The notes beneath the pieces are model-generated. The model ran no database searches. It was not told the DNA's origin and saw only the letters and a list, made by a program, of their open reading frames with translations. From positions 30,001 through 62,000 of the forward strand of contig OZ245049.1 of assembly GCA_965224465.1 (NCBI GenBank): DNA of 32,000 nucleotides, given 5' to 3'. This document shows positions 9,603-19,157 of the stretch, piece after piece (the first letter of the stretch is position 1; the number at the start of each line of letters is the position of its first letter). A program made the translations under genes and the position numbers. Source of the DNA: Flavobacteriaceae bacterium (GTDB lineage Bacteria; Bacteroidota; Bacteroidia; Flavobacteriales; Flavobacteriaceae).

Positions 9603-10391
9603 ATGTACATGAATAGATTAAATCATATTGAAAATGAATTATCGGGATTGAGAAAACAATTGCGAAACCATAAATTATATCAGCATTTAAAAAACATGGA
9701 TGATATAAAAATATTTATGGAAAATCACATTTTTGCAGTGTGGGATTTTATGTCGTTATTAAAAGCTATTCAGGTACAATTAACGAATACTAGTACGCCG
9801 TGGACTCCTAGAAAAAAACCTGTATTGTCTAGGTTTATAAACGAAATAGTACATGCAGAAGAAAGTGACATTAATGAAATAGGCGAACCTAAAAGTCATT
9901 TTGAAATGTATTTAGAGGCTATGAATCAGATGAATGCTGATACAGAAGCTATTGATTTATTAATTGATTTGATTGAGTCTGGTACTGAGGTAAGTTATGC
10001 ACTTAGTCAAATAAATATTGATAAGCGTGTTGTAGATTTTGTTGAATTTTCTTTTAAAATTATCGAAACTCAAAAAATACATCTTATTGCATCAGCATTT
10101 ACTTTTGGTAGAGAAGACGTGATACCAGATATGTTTATTGAAATTCTGAAAAATTCTGATTCTGAAAATATCCGCTATAACAAACTAACGTATTATTTAG
10201 AAAGGCATATAGAACTTGATGGTGATGAGCATGGCCCTCTTTCGTTACAAATGATTTCTGAATTATGTTTGTCAGATTCAAAGAAATGGGAAGAGACTTT
10301 ACAAGTTGCTAAAGAGTCTTTGATTCACAGAATAAAATTATGGGATTGTATTACGGAATTGATCGTGAATAAAAAAAAGAACATGTCCTAA
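9603..10391 (+). CDS. DUF3050 family protein (heme-oxygenase-like fold)
   Basis: The N-terminal segment [33 protein letters not shown] matches my memory of DUF3050 proteins. The start is set at the first ATG (MYMNRL); the track ORF starts at a TTG at 9561. Confidence 0.65.
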   Translation: MYMNRLNHIENELSGLRKQLRNHKLYQHLKNMDDIKIFMENHIFAVWDFMSLLKAIQVQLTNTSTPWTPRKKPVLSRFINEIVHAEESDINEIGEPKSHFEMYLEAMNQMNADTEAIDLLIDLIESGTEVSYALSQINIDKRVVDFVEFSFKIIETQKIHLIASAFTFGREDVIPDMFIEILKNSDSENIRYNKLTYYLERHIELDGDEHGPLSLQMISELCLSDSKKWEETLQVAKESLIHRIKLWDCITELIVNKKKNMS

Positions 10392-10454
10392 CTAATATGT
10401 ATTGAATGTACTAGTAGTACTCATAGTTTTACAAATTATACCCTTAAAATAAAA

Positions 10455-10510
10455 AGCTTCAATAGCTATCTTAAAATTGTTAATTCTATGATAGCTATTG
10501 AAGCTGTTTT
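10455..10510. terminator. 16-bp perfect hairpin between convergent genes (probable bidirectional terminator)
   Basis: AGCTTCAATAGCTATC (10455-10470) pairs with GATAGCTATTGAAGCT (10490-10505), followed by GTTTT. Confidence 0.55.
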
Positions 10511-10532
10511 ATCCACTTAAAAAGGGAACTTA

Positions 10533-10590
10533 TACCAAATACATTTCCAAGTGACAGTCTAGAAATGGAGTTTTTGGAATTTAATTGGTA
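10533..10590. mobile_element. Minimal (~58 bp) copy of the F1/F2 MITE-like element
   Basis: TACCAAATACATTTCCAAGTGAC...TTGGAATTTAATTGGTA. The terminal inverted repeats are the same as in the 159-bp copy at 17911-18069. Confidence 0.6.
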
Positions 10591-10600
10591 TCACATGATA

Positions 10601-11779
10601 CTAATAGGATGTTCGGGATTGTTTGTAATCATCTGCTTCTTTTATAGCCTCACTGGTTTTAGTACCTCCTAAAACTTTACTTGCTACGTTTAGGAAAGAA
10701 TAGGATGAAGACGTTGAATTTTTTAATAGCAATTGCCAAATCATCACCCCGTCTTTTTTACTTTTAGATGCGATATGTTTAGAAAGTTCCGCTGTGTTTT
10801 TATAAGTATAGGTATAATACGGTCCCCAAGGTTCATTTGGGAAATGAATTCCAGCAGCAATAGAAAATCCATAGATATCGCTATAATATTTGTAGGCATC
10901 ATACATTATTTTTCTATTAGATGCTGCACCTGTGTTATACCCCTGATATGCGATTAAATCAATGTCTTTACCGACTGCTTTAAGAACGGGAATCATGTGT
11001 CCAGTTGTAGCAAAACCAAACAAACTAATTGCTTTATTAGGTACGGTAGATTTGTAGAGATTGGTGTCAGATTCTCCAGTTACTTTATTTCTTTTTGCAT
11101 AGCTAAAAGGAGAAGCACTATCATCATTATTAAGACCTCCTAATACACCAACACCAGCGGGAGCACAAGCTAGTAGATATTTTCCTTTAGGCATTACTTT
11201 TCTAGATTCTTTAAAAAAGCTTATGAAGCGTTGTACATTCTCAGCATTCCCAATGGTTGCAAAACTTCCTGCTGGCTCAAAATCCCAATCTATACCTTCC
11301 AATCCTAAATCATCTACAAGGTCTTTTATTTGTTGATAATTTATATCGTATGATTTCGCATCATTCCAATAGGTTTCTCCTCCTATAGACAAAACAACTT
11401 TAGTTCCTCTCGCTTTTAAATAAGCAATGGATTCTTTTAATATTTTTCCTTTGTAAGGGGTTTGAATACCAGTTTTTGTAATGTCAAAAGAACCTTTTAC
11501 ATATCGTAAATTGGGCTTTGCAAAAGCTAGAAAAACATGGGTTACATGCTTTGGGATATTTCTTAATTTTGATCCATCTGTAGGCTTAGACACCCATGTT
11601 TCTGACCACGAAGGGAAATATCCGAGTACAATAGCTTTTCCTTTTCCTGTGGCAGGAGTGTCTCCTCCATCTGTTTTTGGGTCGTCTTTTGTGGGACTAT
11701 CTTCAGAACTACATGATAGAACGGAAATAGATGCGAAGACATATAGGATTGTTTTAAAAATATATTTTTTTATTTTCAT
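10601..11779 (-). CDS. Glycoside hydrolase family 18 (chitinase-like) lipoprotein
   Basis: 392 aa with a signal peptide and lipobox (ISVLSCSS), and the GH18 catalytic motif DxxDxDxE as LEGIDWDFEP. Confidence 0.85.
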   Translation of the reverse strand: MKIKKYIFKTILYVFASISVLSCSSEDSPTKDDPKTDGGDTPATGKGKAIVLGYFPSWSETWVSKPTDGSKLRNIPKHVTHVFLAFAKPNLRYVKGSFDITKTGIQTPYKGKILKESIAYLKARGTKVVLSIGGETYWNDAKSYDINYQQIKDLVDDLGLEGIDWDFEPAGSFATIGNAENVQRFISFFKESRKVMPKGKYLLACAPAGVGVLGGLNNDDSASPFSYAKRNKVTGESDTNLYKSTVPNKAISLFGFATTGHMIPVLKAVGKDIDLIAYQGYNTGAASNRKIMYDAYKYYSDIYGFSIAAGIHFPNEPWGPYYTYTYKNTAELSKHIASKSKKDGVMIWQLLLKNSTSSSYSFLNVASKVLGGTKTSEAIKEADDYKQSRTSY

Positions 11780-11859
11780 TATACTTATTATTTGTTGTTA
11801 ATTGTAGCTTTCATTTTATTCAAATAATCGTATAAAACGTATGGTATATCTATTTAGTC

Positions 11860-12984
11860 CTTAAATTCAACTAATAAACGCAACTTTTCGATTTGATTCT
11901 ATGATGGTTATATTTTCAAAACAGAAAAGTAGGAAAACCTACCTTTCTTGTCTTGATGGATATGTATCTTACGGTCTCAAATCTCGAAAAAAGAAGTTGT
12001 ATGAAACACATCACCCAAGCGCAAAGATACACAATTTGTTGCATGTTAAAACAAGGTTATAAACAGGTTGAGATAGCAGCTGCTATAGGAAAAGACAAGT
12101 CTGTTATTAGCAAAGAGATTAAGCGTAATTCAGACAAAAGAAATGGAGTTTACAAGCATGAATTAGCCCAAAAAAAGTATGCTAAACGTCATAAAGAAAA
12201 GCCTAAAAGAAAACGCTTTACAGAAGATATTCAACAAGCAATAGAGTTGTTATTGCGAGACGATTATAGTCCTGAGCAAGTAGTTGGTGTCCTAAAAAAA
12301 CAAGGTAAAGAAACGGTGTCTATTGAGCGTATATATCAGCATATTAGGGAAGACAAGAGGAATGATGGTGATTTACATACACACCTTCGCAGACAGGGAA
12401 GGAGATATAGAAAACGTGGCTCATCAAAGGATTCTAGAGGGGTTATAAAGAATCGTATTAGTATAGAACAACGCCCTGAAGTTGTTGAACAAAGAAATCG
12501 ATTTGGAGATTTAGAGGTCGATTTAATCATAGGTAAAAACCATAATCAAGCCATACTTACCGTAAATGATAGAGCTTCTGGAATGCTTAAAATGAAAAAA
12601 GTAAGCTCTAAAGAAGCAGTTGTTGTCACTAAAGCTATCAATGAAATATTAGAAGACTGGAAGCCTTATCTACATACTATAACAGCTGATAATGGAAAAG
12701 AATTTGCAGGCCATGAGCAGGTTGCAGAAAATTTATGTATTGATTACTTTTTTGCGCATCCATATCACTCTTGGGAAAGAGGATCTAACGAAAATTTAAA
12801 TGGTTTGATTAGACAATATTTTGCCAAAGGAAGTGACTTTACAAACCTAACAGATCAAAGAATCAAAGAGGTAGAAACAAAATTAAATAACAGACCTAGG
12901 AAGAGACATAAATATCAAAACCCTATATTTGTAATGGAACAATTATTATTTAACTAAAAGTTGCGTTTGTGACTTGAATTCAGC
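11860..12984 (+). mobile_element. IS30-family insertion sequence, complete copy
   Basis: Imperfect terminal inverted repeats AAATTCAACTAATAAACGCAACTTTT (left) and AAAAGTTGCGTTTGTGACTTGAATTC (right) flank a single transposase ORF. The right end recurs in inverted orientation at 31920-32000. The left boundary is good to about +/-3 nt. Confidence 0.85.
12001..12957 (+). CDS. IS30 family transposase
   Basis: N-terminal HTH (ITQAQRYTICCMLKQGYKQVEIAAAIGKDKSVISKEIKRN) and a DDE core (DLIIGK..TADNGKEF..WERGSNENLNGLIRQY). The MKHITQ start is preferred over the upstream TTG/ATG at 11953. Confidence 0.9.
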   Translation: MKHITQAQRYTICCMLKQGYKQVEIAAAIGKDKSVISKEIKRNSDKRNGVYKHELAQKKYAKRHKEKPKRKRFTEDIQQAIELLLRDDYSPEQVVGVLKKQGKETVSIERIYQHIREDKRNDGDLHTHLRRQGRRYRKRGSSKDSRGVIKNRISIEQRPEVVEQRNRFGDLEVDLIIGKNHNQAILTVNDRASGMLKMKKVSSKEAVVVTKAINEILEDWKPYLHTITADNGKEFAGHEQVAENLCIDYFFAHPYHSWERGSNENLNGLIRQYFAKGSDFTNLTDQRIKEVETKLNNRPRKRHKYQNPIFVMEQLLFN

Positions 12985-13364
12985 AAAGTAAAGGGAGTGT
13001 CTCAAAAATGTAAAATCCTCCGAAACTACCACCAAATATCTTACATAGTGCGGACAGCGTTGGTTTTATGTTTCGTCCAATTTATAGACCCTGAAAAACC
13101 GTTGATTTGATGTTAGTAAAAAAAGATAAAAACAAAATCAACGGTTTGACTCAGAGTAAATTTAGAGTTTATTTCTTTAAACTATACACCACGTGTCATA
13201 TTTCACCGTTACCTGCAAGCACTACAGAAGATAAATTATGCTAAAAAAGAACAACCAACCGCACAAAATGCACGTTTTATTTTGCCATGTAAAGACAAAT
13301 TTATATAGTTTTACTTCTTTCTATTCGCAAATAGAAGTCAAGAAATGATTGCACTCATAGGGAT

Positions 13365-14012
13365 TTATTTTTTGTAGTCTATTGTAACTTTAATCAGAGA
13401 GTAGATATAAGAAAAGATAAATCCAGCTGCAATTACAGGAGCAGTGTATGGAACCAACCATGCCAAAATAAGTGATACGTTAACCAACGCTATTGCTGTA
13501 GCACTTTTGGTCATACTTCTAATCAAATAAGGCATAGGATAGGGCACAAACATAGTTATAGTGTTTGCTACAAATATAATAATTAACATCCAAGTAGGAT
13601 CAAAACTAAATAAATTAGCTAATAGAAGTGCAAATAAAGTGTGACGTATAAGTTCATTAGTAGGTGAGCCTGCTGATTTTGAAATAGCTGGGTCAAGTCT
13701 AGCTACTGATCGTATCAAAATTGCAGCTACAGCAATTAAACCTATAATACCACAAATGATACCATAGTGAAATCCTATAAACATAACAATAATAGTATGA
13801 GATACTGCATCACAAACATTATCCATCCGGGCTCCAAATTCACTTTTAGCATTTAGTTTTATTGCTAGAATACCATCAAGGTCATCCATGATGTTGTTGT
13901 AGATTATCAAAGGGATAATGTACAAGAAGCCACTATCTGAAAATAGTATCACCAAGGGTAAAACGCCAAGGATTGATACAAGGTTTGGGATATTTTTATA
14001 TATTTTATTCAA
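13365..14012 (-). CDS. CDP-alcohol phosphatidyltransferase family protein
   Basis: 215-aa polytopic membrane ORF with DDLDGILA(x11)GARMDNVCD. This is the Dx2DGx2A..Gx3Dx3D signature, with Ile replacing the usual Arg. Confidence 0.85.
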   Translation of the reverse strand: MNKIYKNIPNLVSILGVLPLVILFSDSGFLYIIPLIIYNNIMDDLDGILAIKLNAKSEFGARMDNVCDAVSHTIIVMFIGFHYGIICGIIGLIAVAAILIRSVARLDPAISKSAGSPTNELIRHTLFALLLANLFSFDPTWMLIIIFVANTITMFVPYPMPYLIRSMTKSATAIALVNVSLILAWLVPYTAPVIAAGFIFSYIYSLIKVTIDYKK

Positions 14013-14022
14013 AATATTATTT

Positions 14023-14817
14023 TTATACTATAGTTAATAATGGTCGCTTTGTGTGTAACATGTTCTTTTCACATTCCTGCAAATCTTCTATGGTATCTAT
14101 TTCGTACCAGAAATCATTATTAAAGTAAACACATTCAAAATTTAGACTAGCATCTGTTACCATCTCTGCAAACACGGCCTCATAATAATCATTTACTTTA
14201 CCTAACGAAATCCATGTGTCTAATCGTTTGCTAATCTGGCTCCAAGATTCGGGTGAAAAACTATAAATATTAACGGTCTTAAAATTGGTGTCATTTGTTG
14301 AGTGTTTACCAAGATTAAACGTAGTTACAATCTTAGGTGATTGTTTGTCAATACTTATGGATGTCCCGTTCATCCAAGGTAATATCTTAGAAACAGCAAT
14401 TTTATTTGGTGAAAGCATTTCTTCGAGTAGAGAAGGCTTAAAGATTAAATCACTTTCAATTAAGACGAACGATTCCTTCATTTTTTCTCTTGCCAACCAT
14501 AATGAGTAGATATTGTTTGTTGTTTTATATAATGGACTTACGATATACTCAATTATAATATTTTTGGACACACTTTCAAGGTAATCTCTAATTTGTTGCT
14601 CAAAGGGACCAATAACAATAACTAAGCGTTTAAAATTGTAGAGATGAAGAGTTTCTATAAGCCGTCCTAGAATTTCAATTTCATTAACTCTGGTCAAACA
14701 TTTTGGAGCGTCGTTGGTTAAGGGACTTAAACGGCTCCCTGTACCTGCAGCAAGGACAAGTGCTGTTGTGATTTTTTCTGAGCATTCAGAGTTATTCAAA
14801 TTGTGAATTTGCTTCAT
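14023..14817 (-). CDS. NTP-transferase, LicC-like cytidylyltransferase
   Basis: LAAGTGSRLSPLTNDAPKCL nucleotide-binding loop, NNIYSLW, and a C-terminal WYEIDTIEDL, all as in phosphocholine/phospho-alcohol cytidylyltransferases. Its stop is 10 nt upstream of the next gene's start, so the two form an operon. Confidence 0.8.
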   Translation of the reverse strand: MKQIHNLNNSECSEKITTALVLAAGTGSRLSPLTNDAPKCLTRVNEIEILGRLIETLHLYNFKRLVIVIGPFEQQIRDYLESVSKNIIIEYIVSPLYKTTNNIYSLWLAREKMKESFVLIESDLIFKPSLLEEMLSPNKIAVSKILPWMNGTSISIDKQSPKIVTTFNLGKHSTNDTNFKTVNIYSFSPESWSQISKRLDTWISLGKVNDYYEAVFAEMVTDASLNFECVYFNNDFWYEIDTIEDLQECEKNMLHTKRPLLTIV

Positions 14818-15104
14818 GTAAAATAATAATTTTAAATTAAAAAACTTATATTAATACTGTAATTTGCAGTTGAACTTAGCAAATTAACAGTAGAGAATAG
14901 TACTAGCGTAGACTGCGTAGTTACTCTTTTTTTAATATTCTTAAACAAGTGTGAAACGAACTCTATTTATAATTCAGTGGTAGAATTAGTCAGTTCATTT
15001 TTTCTGATAAATATTTTGCAAATATAGTGATAAATTATTAGAATAAAAACCTCTATTTTAAAACTTTGTTATTTTAGATATCCCTAAGGTAATGTGTCAA
15101 TCTA

Positions 15105-15935
15105 AGGTGCTTAATATCGGTCAATTGAGTTAGAAAATAGAGGTGTCAAATCTCTCAAAATCCTAAGTGTATCGCGTATAGGTTGTAGTAGAATGCAATG
15201 GTCCACTTCATCAAAGAACCCTTTTAGGTCAATATCCATAATATCTTGGTAACCATTATTGACATACTGCTGCCCTTGTAATATTGTTTTTTGGATGTTC
15301 TTTTGAGGTCTAAACCGACCCACGGGAGCACATGAACACTCTAAAATAAAAAGCGGTGAATAATCCAAAACTCAAAGGTTCAAAATTATATTCGAATGGA
15401 ACCATTAATTGTTGGCTTACCACTTGCTGTAACCATCTATCTACTACTGTTGGGATTCCTAAAAGTCTGGTTTTACCCTTTTCTTTTGGAATGCTTACTC
15501 CTAAGATAGAGTTTGGAACATCGCTATTCTTTCGGGCGTTGCAATAATGTGGTTACTTGCCCAAGTAATTATGCCTCTGAATACGATTTATTCATGAGAT
15601 CCTGTTTTTATTGTGTTCTTGTGTGTCTACGCTTAGTTCTGTTCGTCAGTACCGAGATTTGCAGGGTTTTTGCTCATTCCTCAATCGCAAATAATCTTCA
15701 GATAAAACGGCACGGTTTACACCCTTGCGACTTCCTAATGCGTATTCACAGTTTTCCGTTTTATGGAGTTCATGAGAGCTACGGCGTTATTCACTCCCTT
15801 TTATTTTTTTAGAGGTGTTCATGAGAGCTACGCAGTTCAGAACCTTACTCCTGTGCATAAGGGACTTGCGCCCTCTAGATTAATTAATTTCCTTTCCGTA
15901 GTTAAAAGACGTCCATGCTGGTCACACACACACAT
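15105..15935 (-). mobile_element. Decayed, 3'-truncated group II intron remnant
   Basis: On the minus strand there is non-coding structured-looking sequence, then RT motifs, then an abrupt loss of homology near 15105. No RT domains 4-7, maturase or domain V were seen. The 5' boundary is uncertain; a GTGTGTG run at 15923-15934 is one possible intron 5' end. Confidence 0.55.
15111..15560 (-). pseudogene. Group II intron reverse transcriptase pseudogene (N-terminal third only, frameshifted)
   Basis: Minus-strand translation gives SIPKEKGKTRLLGIPTVVDRWLQQVVSQQLMVPFEYNFEPLSFG in one frame. After a ~49-nt insertion it continues as FRPQKNIQKTIL..DIMDIDLKGFFDEVDHCILLQ in another frame (RT domains 1-3). 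A stop occurs at 15111. Confidence 0.75.
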
Positions 15936-16050
15936 ACAAAGTCTATAGTTAATGGCTATTTCTTGCTAAATCGAAGCTAATTGATTTTTTATAAAGTTAG
16001 TATTTAACTTAAAAATTTGTATCTTTAAACTCGTAAGAAACCATACACCG

Positions 16051-16104
16051 AGAATTGGCAGAATTGGCAGAATTGGCAGAATTGGCAGAATTGGAAGTAA
16101 TGGA
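16051..16104. repeat. 9-bp tandem repeat (AGAATTGGC) x4 perfect plus 2 or more degenerate units
   Basis: Read directly. The units decay as AGAATTGGA, AGTAATGGA and so on. Confidence 0.9.
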
Positions 16105-16244
16105 TGTAAAATAGAATTCATAGAATTAAATAAATACCTAAATCAGAGAGTAAACATCACGTAATAATATACAATCTTAATATTAAATATACACTAAAAT
16201 AACATTAGATAAGTAAGTTTGCTGTCAGATATAAAATTTAAAAA

Positions 16245-17288
16245 ATGATGATAAACGTACCTTCCTTGATAGTACAAGGAAAGCCCAATATCAAGGATAC
16301 TATTCACGCTTTGAAACTTATAGAGCGTGTTGAGCACATAGAATTACATGCGCATACCTATGCATTTTACCTCAACTTGCAGCATGGTACCTTCGATATT
16401 TTTGATTTCTGTGCCTTTGCATCAGAAAACAACCTGCAAGGAGTAAATATTCATATAGACGCAGGAAACGATAAGAGTATTTCTAATTATAGTCCAAAGA
16501 AGTTGCGGAAGCTAAGAAACTATCTAGAATCACATAATCTCAATATCAATATTGAAGCCAGTAGCACTTCAAAAAAAATAATTCGTAGATCTGTATATCT
16601 AGCGAATAGCCTAGGTGCGAAAAACATAAGAGTATACGATCGTTATAAGGGGCAGTTGAGTGACATTATTCAAAAATGTATCAAAAGAATGAAAGACGTA
16701 GCACGAACAGCAGAAAAGCATGATTTGTATTTTGTTGTAGAACCTCATGAGGTGCTTAAGTCCGTAGAGTTAGTACAAATAATAGAAGCTGTAAAAAGCC
16801 CTCGGGTGAATTTGTTATTTGACTTTGGTAACATGTTGAGTACGGGTGAGCAGCCACTTGAGGCCTTAGAAATTATGCATCCATATATCACGCAAGTTCA
16901 CCTTAAGGGAGCCAATATTGCAGCAGTAGGACAAAATGGGTTTGCGCAAATTGGATTGAGACAAGGAGACGATGATTTACCCCATGAATTAATGCTTTTT
17001 AAATTGCTTATGTTAGGTGAGCGTACTCCACAGGTAGCTACCTTTTCACTGGAACAACAAGTAGGTTATTACGCACCAGCTTACCGATTTAAAAATGAAC
17101 CCCAAGATCCAGTTATCCCCAAAAGAAAACCAAGTAAAACTCAAATGAATCCAAAACTTACTTTGAATGAAAACCTGAGTTTAGAGTTACAGAATGCATA
17201 TCACCAAGTTGCATTTGTTAATAAAACTCTTGAGAACCTAACAAATATTGCTTTAAAGGAATTAAGAAAAAAGTTAATGATAGCTTAG
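16245..17288 (+). CDS. Sugar phosphate isomerase/epimerase (xylose isomerase-like TIM barrel)
   Basis: 347 aa with VVEPHE, LLFDFGNM and QVHLKG, which are metal-ligand-type motifs of the AP_endonuc_2/xylose-isomerase-like fold. Confidence 0.7.
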   Translation: MMINVPSLIVQGKPNIKDTIHALKLIERVEHIELHAHTYAFYLNLQHGTFDIFDFCAFASENNLQGVNIHIDAGNDKSISNYSPKKLRKLRNYLESHNLNINIEASSTSKKIIRRSVYLANSLGAKNIRVYDRYKGQLSDIIQKCIKRMKDVARTAEKHDLYFVVEPHEVLKSVELVQIIEAVKSPRVNLLFDFGNMLSTGEQPLEALEIMHPYITQVHLKGANIAAVGQNGFAQIGLRQGDDDLPHELMLFKLLMLGERTPQVATFSLEQQVGYYAPAYRFKNEPQDPVIPKRKPSKTQMNPKLTLNENLSLELQNAYHQVAFVNKTLENLTNIALKELRKKLMIA

Positions 17289-17910
17289 TGTTTAGAATTA
17301 CATATATGATTGATATAAGCAGTCGTATTATCCGATTATTGCGGTGAAATAATAAGAATCGCATGTAATAAATTCAATTATGCCCTACAATAAATGCTAA
17401 AACACAGATACAATACGAATGTTTATACCGGTTTTACTAACTTATAACTAAAATAGAGATATAGTTCTAGTAACGATACATAATTGTTGAAAGCTATAAA
17501 AAATGACCGACTTGTTTTTAGGTTTGAATGCTTGATTTTAGATAAATTCAATGGATTAGATAAATTAAAAATTTTCATTTGACCGAAAACAATTTGATTT
17601 TAAAGTTTCCTCTTTTCCCTTTTAAAATTGTTCAGAAAAATTACCCTCTGACTAAAATTTAAGAAGTCAATTCAACTAAATTCAACTACGTTTTGGTATA
17701 CCTCATTTAAGTGTGCTTTTGAAAAGAAAAAATGAATATTTTAGAATTGATATATCAAAAAAAAACTTCAAATTTGAATTATAAACGTAAGTAAAAACTA
17801 CAAGAATTAGAATGTGAAAAATAAGACACTATTGCAATAACTGAGGTTTGTGCGGTGCGAACCGTTCAACATGAACATCCTGTTGACTATACCAGTTCAA
17901 AAGATGATAA

Positions 17911-18069
17911 TACCAATTACAATCCAAAATGATTGATGTAAATAGTTTATATTACGTTGTAGCGTTGTTAAAAAACAGAACAATAGCTAAGGCTATCCAT
18001 CCATTTTTCGCCTAGATAAATTAAAAAATAATTCCATTTTTAAACCGTCACTTGGAAATTTAATTGGTA
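17911..18069. mobile_element. MITE-like element (F1 in reverse plus F2) with terminal inverted repeats
   Basis: The left end TACCAATTACAATCCAAAA and the right end TTGGAAATTTAATTGGTA are inverted repeats (about 15 of 18 positions). The element has no coding capacity. The same composite is found reversed at 24635-24738. Confidence 0.7.
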
Positions 18070-18103
18070 TTACACTGAAAAAAAATCTAAAAACCGAATG
18101 GCA

Positions 18104-18685
18104 TTAAAGATTGTTATATTTTTCAAAAGCCTCTTTTTTAGTTTGTTCTATTGTAGAAATGTAAAATCTATATATTCCAGTATTATAATCAAAATGATAA
18201 GTCGCATTACAAAACACTGAATCTTTTATGGAGTACATAGGCATCTCAAAATGAATTTCAGATGCTCGACTATAGGTATGTCTGGTAGCTAATAAATGAA
18301 AATTATCAAGATTTATACTGTCTTTGTTGTTTTTTTTGTACAAATCTGTAATTGTTTTTTTGTTGATTAGAAGATTAATCAAAGTGTCATTCAGTTTTTC
18401 ATAATCCTCTCCTCGCATTTTTTTATCCCTGATTAACAGCAATGTGTATTCCATGTTGTTTCTGGGTTTGGATAAATTAGGAGTTATTTTTAGTATATGA
18501 GTATAATTTCCTAATTGTATTTGTTTATAAAATAGTTTGTCTAGATAGACTTTATAATCTTCTGTTTTTTGTGCTTTTTCTGATTTTTCAGATGATTCTT
18601 TGTGTGTTTTCGGTTTTTCGGTTTTACAACAACACAAACAAAAATTGAAAATTAGTAAGATTAAAAAATAGAATAGCTTTTTCAT
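18104..18685 (-). CDS. Hypothetical lipoprotein
   Basis: The MKKLFYFLILLIFNFCLCCCK signal/lipobox start at 18685 is preferred. The track ORF extends to 18781 into repeat F3-A. No family recognised. Confidence 0.6.
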   Translation of the reverse strand: MKKLFYFLILLIFNFCLCCCKTEKPKTHKESSEKSEKAQKTEDYKVYLDKLFYKQIQLGNYTHILKITPNLSKPRNNMEYTLLLIRDKKMRGEDYEKLNDTLINLLINKKTITDLYKKNNKDSINLDNFHLLATRHTYSRASEIHFEMPMYSIKDSVFCNATYHFDYNTGIYRFYISTIEQTKKEAFEKYNNL

Positions 18686-18754
18686 AATATTATTTCTAAA
18701 TTCGACGTGAATATAAGTTGTTTTTATAGAATTTCTTATATTTATATTTGTTTG

Positions 18755-19140
18755 CCCTGTGTTTTTTACAACGATTGCCAAACGTATCCTACAATAAAAC
18801 TCTAATTCCTTCCCTTTACACGTCTAAAAACGCCGAATAAACAATATAAAAACCATTATAAACACCTGAGAAATACTAAATACACCTAAATTTTCCCGTA
18901 AAAACTACCAAACCATCTACTATTAAGGTAGCACGTTTAGGATAAGAACAATAACGCTTGTTGAGGTTCTGGAAAAGAGAGGTTAAGGGGTGTGTTTTTT
19001 ACATAAAAAAATTTAATTGTTAGTATGCGAAAACAATTTATTTTGTATATTTGAAGAAAGCAGTTTACTGTATATAGTGAACGGAATACTAAATAAGTAC
19101 TTAGCCCTGTATTGTAGTTATGGAGGTATTAGCAATAATA
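18755..19140 (+). repeat. Repeat family F3, copy A (promoter-bearing intergenic module)
   Basis: Shares ACAACGATTGCCAAAC, CGTAAAAACTAC, CACGTTTAGGATAAGAA..CTTGTTGAGGTTCT, TTTTGTATATTTGAAG and a downstream leader with copies B and C. Confidence 0.85.
19046..19053 (+). promoter_or_regulatory. Putative Bacteroidota -7 promoter box TATATTTG (TAnnTTTG)
   Basis: Lies within a 16-nt block (TTTTGTATATTTGAAG) that is identical in all three F3 copies, about 105 nt upstream of the proposed radical SAM start. Confidence 0.5.
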
Positions 19141-19157
19141 CAAAAAGAACGATCCCA

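Noticed and set aside
15356-15948. Plus-strand ORFs of 63, 99 and 61 aa (15356-15547, 15513-15812, 15763-15948)
   Set aside because: They lie antisense to the group II intron remnant, have no recognisable motifs and overlap each other. They are most likely spurious.
16051-16104. TTGGCA-containing repeats as sigma-54 (-24 GG / -12 GC) promoters
   Set aside because: The GG-to-GC spacing generated by the 9-bp period (8 nt) or the 8-bp period (7 or 15 nt) does not match the required 10-nt spacing of TGGCAC-N5-TTGCW.
17940-17990. F1 imperfect hairpin (AGCGTTGTT..AACAATAGCT) as an integron attC site
   Set aside because: There is no GTTRRRY / RYYYAAC core pair at the ends and no intI-like integrase in the window. 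The sequence is better explained as the internal part of a TIR-bounded MITE.
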